A stretch of DNA of 64,000 bases, from positions 62,001 to 126,000 of the forward strand of contig NIVC01001861.1 of assembly GCA_002269645.1 (NCBI GenBank). Reading direction: 5' to 3'. This stretch comes from Macrostomum lignano (lineage: Eukaryota). The notes under the pieces were generated by a model, which searched no databases, was not told the DNA's origin, and saw only the letters and a list, made by a program, of their open reading frames with translations. Position 1 is the stretch's first letter; each line of letters starts with the position of its first letter. Both the position numbers and the translations under genes were made by a program. Shown here piece by piece: positions 12,436 to 23,400 of this stretch.

Positions 12436-13137
12436 CATGGGTCGGCAAACTTTTTACTTCAAGGGCCAGTTAAGGAATCTTGATTATTGCTACAGGCCAG
12501 AAGAGAATAGAAAAAAAGTTAATATGGGAGGAGAGAAGAAAGAGATAACAGAAAAGATAAGAGATAAAAGACATGATGAGAGAAGATATAAGAGGGGAAA
12601 AGATAGGTAAGGAGATGAGATCAGAGAAAAGAGAGGAGAGAACTTAAAAGAGATGCCAAGCTTGCGTAGGCCAGATTGCCCATAGTCTGGATCATGGCAG
12701 GTGTATGCCAGAAAGAAAATTCATGTTTTTCAATTTTATACCAATATAAAATTAAAAGAAATTCATGCCAAGGTCAGAGTTGTTTGTATACCAATTTTTA
12801 AAAATATATATTTTTTAGAAATAAAAGAGTTTTACTAAACCTTAGCATGGCTGTTTTTTGCTGAAAACTAATATTATTTGTTTTAACTTTGCTTTTCCCA
12901 TAAATTGCATTAATATTTTTTATTTTAGTTTCCGATTATTTTTAAAAGAGCTTTTGTTTGTTGATATTTAATTATATAATTACATTAGCCTTGAACTTTG
13001 CTATTTTTGTATGCCAACCATGTTATATCAGAATTTTCTAGCATAAAGGCCACCTTCCGGACTATGGCAAATTGCTATTATGAAGTTTCAGAGGGCCAGA
13101 TAGAGAGACTTTGTAGGCCAAAGTTTGCCAACCCTTG
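12436..13137. mobile_element. hAT/Charlie-like MITE
   Basis: Ends CATGGGTCGGCAAACT ... AGTTTGCCAACCCTTG, with subterminal GGGCCAG motifs. ATATAAGC occurs just outside both ends but is offset by 5 nt on the left. Confidence 0.65.
12683..13064. mobile_element. TA-flanked MITE nested in the hAT-like MITE
   Basis: TAGTCTGGATCATGGC...ATGCCAGAAA at left versus TTCTAGCATAAAGGCCACCTTCCGGACTA at right (imperfect TIRs). Confidence 0.6.
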
Positions 13138-14489
13138 ATATAAGCATAGGCTGGAATATGTAAAAGTCTTATTATTTCTTATTTTAAAACTATCTACTAA
13201 AAATACTCTCTCTCTCAACTTCCTTTGGTATACTTATGTATAAAACTGGAAGCATTATTAACATTAGGCAAGAATATTGTAAAAGATATTTTTAATATTA
13301 GCTAGCATGCATGCAAAACTTTTTTGGCATGCATTTGTATTTGTTTAATTTTTGTTTGGTCATGCACCCAGCATGACCTAGACTATGGGAACTATGCAGC
13401 TATTTCAGTATTTGTCATAAAAATAAATAGAAAAAACTGCCTATTTCTATCTCTTAGCAAATGATGACTAGAATATAAATAACAATCAATTTGCCTGCAA
13501 ATTTTTCTGAAAGCTGCGAAAAAAATAAATTCCATCCCATGGTGCTAAAGCAAAGGCAATAGGCTAAAAGCTAAAGACTAAAGGCAAGACTTCAAGAATA
13601 AAGTTAAATTGGTTTGTATATATTAGCATAGTGCTGCTAGTCAGTTTTTAGGCCTTTAGCTCAATATGTTAATACAATGAACCAACCGATAATAAAAATG
13701 TTATTAAAAAGATCGATACAGTGGGTGCCACTGCCAGTAAAGTTGGTCACTACTCACCTCACCGTGGTGCCACATTAAAAATTAGTTAAAAGGATAAACT
13801 GGTTAAAGGAAGAGATTAAGTAACGTTAACTTTATAAAAAGCTGGTGAAATATTTACAAAAAAATATGGGATCATTTAATTTACCTATTTATACGTCTTA
13901 CTCTTACTCAATACTCAGTCACATTAGTCGTTGCCTTGTATTAAGGAACCATCATGTGTTTCTTGGAATTTCTACAATTCAAATACGAGCGTCTTGCGGT
14001 TCAATTGTTGCAAATTGATGCTTGTATTTTATTATGAATCATACGAATTGGCTTCATACGTATGCCAAGATTGGCTTTAATTGGCTTCATTAGGCTTCTT
14101 GTGGCTTGGTTTAGTTTTAGGAAGTTACATACTTTTTATTGGAAGAGATGATGCCTCATGATAAATTATAATTACATTCAATTATGCTAGGCTTCTGCCA
14201 TGCATCGGAAGCCTTATCAAGGGGACAATACCATGCAATACCAACATCTATATAACTAAACTTCGGTTTATGAATTTAGACTAACACCATGTAAATAAAT
14301 AACGTTCAATTCAATAAACTCAGTAAACCGTGCCATCAGAAACAAGATCAAAATGTACATGTAACTATACTGTGATATTATTGTGAAACCCACCAGAGGA
14401 GAAAGTATATTACACGAACGTCCTTCTTCAACAGAATTTTGCTGCTTGCAGAGATTTAGGATCAGAAATTCATCAGAAATTTTAAATCA

Positions 14490-15269
14490 GAATTTTAAAT
14501 CCAGTGTCTCTGTGCATGCAGCTGGACACAAGATTACACAAGTCTGTTGCAAAAGCTGGTTCAAGACGACCCGCAGGAACGCATGCAACCACTTCGGTCG
14601 GGTATGGTCCACAGAGATTTCACGCGGACACAACTCCGCCTGGTTTGCGGGGCAGCTGAACAGGTGGGTAACTTTATCGGGTTCCAACAGCAGTCTGGAG
14701 TCCGGAGTCGATCCGTGCCGACGCCCTAGCTGGATTGTCGACTCTGGCTTGAAAATCATGGAGCAGTTGGCATAAGCTGGATCAGCGCAACTGCGCCTGC
14801 AGGATGCACAGATGGATCTCAGGCCGCGGTCGCCAATGACACAGTTAATTGTGGGGCAGGCCGTCCAAAGTGTCCTAAACATCCTCAGCACGATCCCAGC
14901 AGCCGCGTCTCAAGGATGTCCCTAGCCGGAATCAGAATCCAGTTCACGTTGAAGCACACCGCCCGTGAAAATGAAGGTCTTCAAGAGCCTGTGCAGAAGC
15001 AGTGACAGGTGGTTGTTGTAGATGAAACCAGTGTAGGACACCTAACTCGTTCGGAGCTTGAACTGGAGCGACAGAGAGGAGATTGCGCTGGCGATTGAGC
15101 AGCCAGCCGTACTTCACAGTGGGGATCAGCTTTGGAAGTTAGAGCAATGCAGCCGGTGATGCAGCGGATGGCCGGCGTTCTGGGACGGTCTGCAGTTGAG
15201 TCCAGAAGGTCTGGGAGATGAAGGGCCTCAGACAGACACGGCGTAGTCTAGCAGACTTCTGTGAAGCGC
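14490..15269 (-). mobile_element. Decayed non-LTR retrotransposon (I-group-like LINE), 3' part, interrupted by the Gypsy element
   Basis: Frameshifted motifs RSLLDYAVSV*GPFISQTFWTQLQTV, QNA-AIRCITGC...HCE and C-terminal HLFSCPAN. It continues beyond the LTR element as ADKVQKRTSILRYLAGTT (28175-28255). Confidence 0.72.
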
Positions 15270-15924
15270 TGAAGTGACACATTTTGGCTCTAGAAAGTTC
15301 CCATCCAGATGGAATGTATTTTAACCAACGAATGCGCTCCAACTAGCAAAAGCTGAGGACACGACCCCAACCTCAACCAATGAAAAACAGTTATGTACCA
15401 TCCAATGCGATCAAGACTGAAAAGTACTATAAAAGCTCATGTTAACCAACCAAGAAGCTCGCGCCTCCCTGGCCTTTTCTCTCTTCCGCCTCTCTTTCGC
15501 CCTTCTCCTATCTTACCTCTTTGACTACTTTTGATTGACACTGCCAGGGTCTCGACCCAAACACTAAAACTGATAAATTGACTCACTAAAACTAAAACAA
15601 CAACCAACCCACGTTCCACAATAGACTGAACCTTCGGTTCCCCCGAACACTTAGAAACCCCTTGGAACTCGAACAAAACGAGCTTCTTATTTGGAATTCC
15701 ATCTTAGACATTATATTTTGTAAGATAACATCTCGAGATTGTGACCATCAAATACAACGGTCTGTAAGTTAACATCAAGTGTTTGCATCATCAGGAAAAG
15801 TCAGTTGAATCCGCCGCCTCAGTTATTTGGCTCTCACATTGATATTTGAAGTAGAACAAGAGCCATAGAAGTGAGAGACCAGAAGAAGAACAATAAAACC
15901 CACATATTATTTTAAAATATTTCA
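15270..15924 (+). repeat. 5' LTR
   Basis: TG...CA termini, TATA-like CTATAAAA (~15427) and AATAAA (~15893). It differs from the 3' LTR by 8 substitutions and 1 indel by manual comparison. Confidence 0.95.
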
Positions 15925-15925
15925 C

Positions 15926-15939
15926 TGGTTCCCTGACCG
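15926..15939 (+). promoter_or_regulatory. Primer-binding site complementary to the tRNA-Glu 3' end
   Basis: TGGTTCCCTGACCG lies 1 nt after the LTR end and is complementary to ...CGGUCAGGGAACCA of tRNA-Glu (recalled consensus). Confidence 0.85.
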
Positions 15940-18405
15940 TACTTTTCCTCCGATGCGTTTCACCACAATAGCCGCCATGCCCTACATGGGGTAGACAGCT
16001 ATAGGCGTGGCTGATGGGTGCGAACGGTTGGACTGGCTTCTCCCCCCCTGATCCCCTTTGAGCATTCGAGACTGTCAATAATACATATTCGAAGAATGAA
16101 TCGTAAATCACGAGCTCTTAAATTTAAATTCAGAATTCAAATCGGTTCTAAGTTTTGTCCAGTGCACTGAGACCTGATTCACGTCATTTCAAATTCAAAG
16201 GATCCATGAAAGTCAATACATTATCGTTCCGGAACAATTACAATTTCAATTCAATTCAAGAAACGTCGTCGAACGTCTGATATCGAGTTCTTATTCTCAA
16301 GCCTCAGAGCTTCAATGCAGAAATTCAATTCAGTTATTCTGATCCTCAATTGTTCAAGCTTCAAAGCTTCGATTTTTCTAAGACCGCGGCATCATCAATT
16401 GTTCAAGTTTATTTAATGTTGGACGCCTCTTTCTTCACTGCTTTTCCACAGAATAGCAACGTTTGCTCTGGACTTCCTCATACAAGTATGAGACTCTCCA
16501 AAGCGACTGCGCCATTCGTTTTTCCTCCTCGGTTTTTCCCAGTGTGGCCACATCCAGAAAACTGGCTTATCTCAGATTCTCTGCCCAGTTAAGCGCCCGA
16601 AAGAAAGAACAAAAACGCAAAAAACTTGACGAGCTATTCAAACGAAGTCACTACAGCAAATATTAATCAAACTCTGGAGCCACCAATTTCTTGCTGTCAG
16701 AAAACTTCTTCGCTTATCAGACAGGCTGCTTGCCTGACCATTCATTATCTTCCTTGATTAAAGCCCACGATTCGCTGGTTGCCGAGCCTGCGTGCTCCAT
16801 CCGGAAAACCTTTTTGCTTATTTTTGCAGACCGCTTGTCTAGCCTTCCATCATTTTTTCTTGATTAAAGCCAAAAAACTTACTGTTTGCAGACTCCATGA
16901 GCCCCATCCATCAAATCCTTATCCACCCAAGTTTTTTTTCGGATTGTTGATTCTGGTGGTTGCCCTTTATAGATCATTTTGATGTAGAGATTAGGATGCT
17001 TGGGAATTTTCTTGTGTGTTTAATCAACTTCAGTGCCCTCCAACAAATCCTTATCTTAAACAAGCTGCCCAAGTCAGACTTCGCGCGCATACTTAATCTC
17101 CCAGAGAGACCTCTTTTCTTGATTAGAACCATCACTCAACTTCATCTCCCACGAGAAAAATCTTTTTCTTAATCAAACTGTCCAGGCCAGCCTTATCATG
17201 CCACTTCATCACCGGCCCAGCGATGTTTTTTCCGCAATCTCTGACAACCGACTTCCCCTGGGATCTGTCCCTAGCCCCCTCCCGTTTCGCATGATGGATT
17301 AAGACCAAAATAACCTTAACTTTTCTTCCATCTCCCTATTGCCAGTGGCCAGAGCCGTTTGATACCCCACAGAGCTTGTATTCTAGTTATTTTGCCAGTT
17401 ATTCTGCTCTCGGCTTTACAAAAAACTACATTAACGCTATCTATTACCTACCTTATTAAAATAGAACTTTGCCCATATTTTCCACCTTTTCTTAAAAGCA
17501 GCCTGCGTTGATTTAAATAGTTAAACAGGTTGGTTTGGTCGTGTATTTTGCAAGCATCTACACACAGAGAGGGTGGTCGCGGCACCAACAGTATGTAAAT
17601 ATATGTACACTAATAAGTAATTCAATTATCGCTAGTATATCTACAAAAAACTATACCAAAAATTACAAAAACATGAAAATTAAAATTAAAGATACATCAA
17701 CCTAAAGTCAGTTATTCCCCAAATTAAATTACACCAGAATAAAGTTACCCTAGCGTCGTCCCGCTACAATCTCCTCCTCGACTTGCCGGAGTTCCTGCCA
17801 CCATTCGAGGCGGCGCTCACACCACTTGCGGACGGGTGTGACTAGCCGCCTGAACGCTGACAGGAGCCGTGAACCCCGCCGAGCACCCCGCTTCGTGTCG
17901 CGGGGCCAGCCGTCCTCCAGCAGCAATGCGAGTTCCCACAACCGCCGACAGAGCCACCACCATTGATCCGCCGTCTTCTTCGTCCTTTCGAGTTGGGCTT
18001 CCATAGCCATAATGGGTTGTCGAGCAGTCGCGGTTCGGGAATGGTTGAATTGACAGAGTCGCGTAGGAGTAGCAAACCTTATCCGTTCCCCTTCAGTTTA
18101 ACCAATATATGCGCCCCGCCTCCCAGGCATAGCTTGGAATTCCCCCAACCAACCAATGAGGACGCCGCAAACTCTGTTCCCAACTCCCTTCAGAATTTGC
18201 CATCAACAGCACTATTCTGCTAGCACTTTTTGCAATACTATAAATCGACAGGATCCCGCACTTTTGGGTTAATCGCCTCTCCAGTACCACCGAAACTGAC
18301 TGCAAGATCGACATTTCGCATTTACAGCCTCTACCGACTCAGCAAACACCGTAAATACTCTCAATTGTGTATTCTTACTTCAATATGGCCGGATTTCAGC
18401 ATATC

Positions 18406-19042
18406 CATGCCCTCATCAAGGTCGATCCTCACCGCTTCTGATGATGTCCCGCTCTTTGACTGTATGTGTGAAATGTACTATTGCCAACATCGCCGCAATT
18501 TTTTTTATTACCACCCCTCCTATCTTTCGCCCTTCCCGTTTCCTCGCACTGTTAAGCCTGCTATTCCTGATTCCCTACATCATAATCTCTTCAATTGTAA
18601 CGGACGCTTCGATCTGGTAGCCGACTTCGCCTTTACCATTGCCGACTCCTACCTATCCCGGATCCACGACCACTGCCAATGTTCTATTCCGGGACAGATA
18701 GACAATATTCTGTTCCACCTCGAGGGCCTCCATACCCCACCCCTGCGAGGAACCTTTAAGTCTGCCATCGTCGAGCTAGCCATCCACCGCCAGGAGTTCG
18801 AGGTGCTCTTCCGCACCCTGCGTTGTGTCAATTTCCACACCGCTAATCCTCTCAACTACGAATATCTCCGCCGAATGTACCGTGACAAAATCGATGGCAT
18901 GGAATGCGAACGTTATGATCAACTGCTCCAGAGCTTTGTTCCCCCCGTTTCCGACTCACCCTCGAGCCTGTTTAACCTTGCCTCACACCAAACTCCGCCA
19001 CCACTTCTGGTCGACCTGGACGCGCCATCGCGGCAGTTCTAG
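18406..19042 (+). CDS. Accessory ORF upstream of gag, unknown function (~211 aa from first ATG)
   Basis: Open frame 18230-19042 with ATG at 18406 and Cys/His clusters (CMCEMYYCQH, HDHCQC). An overlapping frame continues to 19265. No family recognised. Confidence 0.5.
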
Positions 19043-19828
19043 AGGTCAGGCCATTGAAGCTCACTTCCTCACCCTCCCTCGGTTCCACCGGGAACACATA
19101 GTTGGCCATCCCGAGTTCACCGACGACCCCTGTTTTGAAGTTAGCGACTCTCCTTGCCCCACACTCGAGGACACATCACTTGTGCCGAAGAAAACGGTTC
19201 ACCACCGCGACTACCGCTGGCAGGTCCTACGCTTGGATTGCCTCCGCATACGGTGGTCGCCTTAATTACCTTATTCCCTCCCCCTAAGCCGCAATTTCTA
19301 TGGCCTCAGCACCAACCCCCCTCGGGCCCTGTAAATATACTATACTCTCTCATTGTCTTTTGAGCACAGTTTCATTTCCAACTCACTTTCTGTTACCTTC
19401 TCAACTGTATTGTGTAAACACTATTTTGAAAATGATCCTTTGATCGACAAAAATTATAAAATTCAAAACCTCAAAAAGCACGTCTCCATTTATTTTTCTT
19501 CGCTTCATCTATGCTAGACTATTCACATAGTGTTTTCGTAGCCTGCGACAAACTCAAAATGATCATTAGATCGCAAAAAAACAATAAAACCAGGAAAACA
19601 CAAAAAACAATACAATTGTTTATAGTTCATTTCGTATAACCCGTAGTGCTCTTATCATGTTAAATTTGCAAAATGATCAGTCCGATCAATAAAAATTATA
19701 AAATTTAAAAAATTAAAAATAGAAAATTTACAAAACTACGTTTGCTTAAATTATGAAATTAACCCCCTAGCTGAAACTGTCAGAAAATTCAAAATTCAAA
19801 TGCGAAATTCAAAAGCCAGAACAATTTC

Positions 19829-19902
19829 TCAGAAGAAAAAACTGCCGACTTCAAGAAAAAGAAAACTGCCGACTTCAAGAAAAAGAAAACTGCCGACTTC
19901 AA
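19829..19902. repeat. Short tandem repeat (3 x ~24 bp) in the retroelement leader
   Basis: AAGAAAAAGAAAACTGCCGACTTC-type unit x3. Confidence 0.85.
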
Positions 19903-20444
19903 TGATACAAATTCGATTTTATTGGCCACCACTGATGTCCGTCTAGTCCAACATTCAGGAGCTCTTTTATCAAATTCAGTTTCATAAAAGTTTCAGAACC
20001 GATTAAAAAGACAGTTCAATTCAAAATTTCAGAGTTCAAAACTTCCAAATTCAAGGTTTCAGAACCGATCAAAAGGCAGTTTAATTCAAAATTACTTCGA
20101 TTTTCAAAGCTCGTTGCAGATCACAGTTAAAAAAATCACACAGTCTCTCTTTTTCTCCCTTCCCCAGCCAGTCCGCCAACCGCAACCCTGAAAGCCATTG
20201 CCGTTTGCTCACTTTGAACTTGACACTCTCTCTTTATTTTGCTATCAGTTACATTTCTGTGATATCGTTCCCCCGAAATTATTGATCGTATTCTTGTTGA
20301 TGACCTCACCTGTCCGAGATTTACGTTCCGGACCAGTATTCCAAAGCTCAAATCTTAACAGACCTCCTGAACAAAATTTAGAAATTTCCGACCGTAGTAG
20401 GCGAACAGCCTCCACGAAATAGTTCACCAGTTCCTAATCTGTTT

Positions 20445-23400
20445 GTGCCAGATAACGTTGAGTTTACTAACCCTCTTGCGGATCATTTTGAACAAAACCG
20501 TACACACTCGCCAGCACCCAGTTCCATTCTAACAGACGTGGACGAAACAGTTCAACAAGTCCCAAACGCTATTGCTGAAGAATCTACTCTAGACATAGCT
20601 GATCAGGAAGCCGCTCCCCATGTTGATGCTGCAGCCACAAATGCTGTCCGCGAACTCACTGATGTTATGAATCGCAGTCTACAATTGCAATCGAATCATC
20701 CCGTCTCAGCTACTGCTCTTGCTAAAATTCGTCAATCCCTGAAAGGAATCGACCAAATGCATGACTTCCGTTCCTTCACTGAAGAGTTCGACTTGATCAC
20801 ATGCTCCTTTGGACTATCGGAGAACGCAAAGATTCGGCTCTTCCCGCGACTACTGAATGACCTTCTTAAACTCGAATACAGTCGCCTTTCTGCCGTGGTC
20901 CAAGCCTCTTATCCAGCCACCATTGAGGCACTATCTCAACGCCTTCGGGAAGTAACCATTGGTTCGGCTCTAACGCTGCATAATGCAACAACCCGGAAGC
21001 AACAGTACGGCGAACCGTTCCTGTCCTATTTCACCGACATTCGTCGAAAGCTCCGGTCAGCTATGCCGGAAATACCGGAAGAATTTCCGGAAGATGCCGG
21101 TCCGGAAACACTACCCGCGAACCAAGCTGTCATCGACCAGCGAAACCGAGACTTTCTCGCTACCCTGATGGCTACGACTATCAACAATGCTCTACCCTAC
21201 ATCAAACGAGAACTCTTGAAGCAAAATATCACCACGGAAAGTACGCTAATCAACAAGGCCATCCGCGCTGAACAAATCCGCGACTCCACCATGGACTCTG
21301 ATGGCACTGACTTGAAGGCTCTGACTGAGCGCCTAACAACCCTAGAGAAAACAACGAAGGAAGCCAATCAACAGGTAGTTGCCTCTCTGCAAACACAAAC
21401 CAAGCCACTCACTGCTAATGTGCAACAAAAGCCGACTTGTTTTCATTGCGGTCGACCTGGACATTATGCCGCCGACTGTCGTCGAAGGAATGACGAACAG
21501 CCTCGTCCCTTCCGACCTAACTCTGACGATCGAAGAAACGCAGCTCACTACGGCTCGGACGCCCCGCGAAATCGCTACCAGCAGGTGCCGCCACGGTTGA
21601 CCTGTAACTATTGCCGGAAACCAGGACACTCTATTAACCAGTGCCGACTACGAGCCCAACGTACACAAGGCTACGGTCCACCGGCGACACAACAATCACG
21701 ATTCCCACCTCGTCAAGACTACAGAAATCGGCCTCAGCAACGCTATCCGCCTCGATACAACGACACCAACAATCAACGACAAGCTCTGAGATTCGCGCAA
21801 CAACAATATCCTCCAATACGCGCCATCACTGCTCAGGATCCTAAAACGTCCCACCCAGGATGGAATCAACAGCCGCAGATTGGATGGACGACTCACGACG
21901 CTCCCGAGTCTGCCCAACTGATGCACATCGCTACAGTTGATGAACGCCCACCGACTTTTGGAAACGAAATTCGCTACTCTGGAGACGCTAAGCAGCTGAA
22001 ATCTTTACTCAAAAAACCGACTACTGCCGCTGCGACTATCAACTCTATTCGCCTTTGTACGGTTGAAAGAGTGACTAACGCCTACACTCCACCGAACAAC
22101 AACAACAACCGCAAGAATACCGTGAAAGCTTCCGTTGGAATTCGCCAATCACTACTGGCACTTTTTCTCCTTTGCCTAGTAACTTCACTCTTCTCACTAG
22201 CCAACGCTACTCCGGTAACGACGTCAACTCCACCATCGATCGAGAGACAATCTCACGAGGGCTTCATTGACACGCCAATGGTCTGTCCGTACATCCAGAT
22301 CCCACGAATCTTTACGATACCACACGAAATCCGTTGTGAACAGCTCAAACACCAAACCACACCGACACTTCCGTTAAAACTAGAACTCTACACAACTAAT
22401 TTCTACAGAACGCACATTGCTGGCTACTCACGAGTAGTACAACCACTTCTGAGTATTATCAAAAATACTTCGAAGCCTAACAAATTCGTCTGGACGAACG
22501 CTGCCCAAACAGCCTTTGAAAAACTGAAACAACTTCTCTCTACGGACATACTACTGGTTCATCCAAATCCGCGAAAACCGTACTTCCTGCACACTGACGC
22601 CTCGGATACCGCCATTGGAGCAGTACTCTCACAGCTAGATGACAACAACCATCAACGCCCGGTTGCCTACATCTCTAAGACGTTAAGCTCAACTGAACAA
22701 CGCTATTCACCGATTGAACGCGAAGCATACGCCATCTATTGGGCAATAAAGAAGCTACACGTGTTCCTCTACGCTTCTTACCAACAGTTCCACGTCTTCA
22801 CTGATCACCAGCCACTTAAGAGACTATTCAGCGACAAGCAGCCAATTTCAAAACGACTTCAGAAGTGGATTCTAGCGATACAAGATTACAACTTCACCCT
22901 TAACTACGTGAATGGCAAATCAAATGTAGTAGCAGACTGCCTTTCACGCATCTTCAAAGTCTGTCAGATACAATCGCTGTCAACATTCAACGGACTGCAG
23001 GCTGCTATTGATCAAGATCCACTATTGTCTACAATCAAAGCGCTTCTATCGGAACAGTCACCCACACACGAGCTGTCCAAGAAAGATCAACAATATGTTC
23101 GCCGACACCTGGCACGTTATTTCCTGGACGGAAACACCCTGTACTTTGAAGATGACGAAGGACGAAGCCGCCTCGTGATACTAACACGCTATCGTGAAGC
23201 TCTTTTGACAAGCAACCACTCGACAGCCCTTGGTGGTCATCTAGGTCACCAAAAGACAGCAGACAAAATCAGTCACTTCTATTACTGGCCTACACTACGA
23301 CAAGATGTCTACAATTTCGTTAACAACTGCAAAGTCTGCCACAAAGCGAAAACAGCACCTCGACTGCGACCACTGCACAAAGCCGTAAAATTCAACGAGT

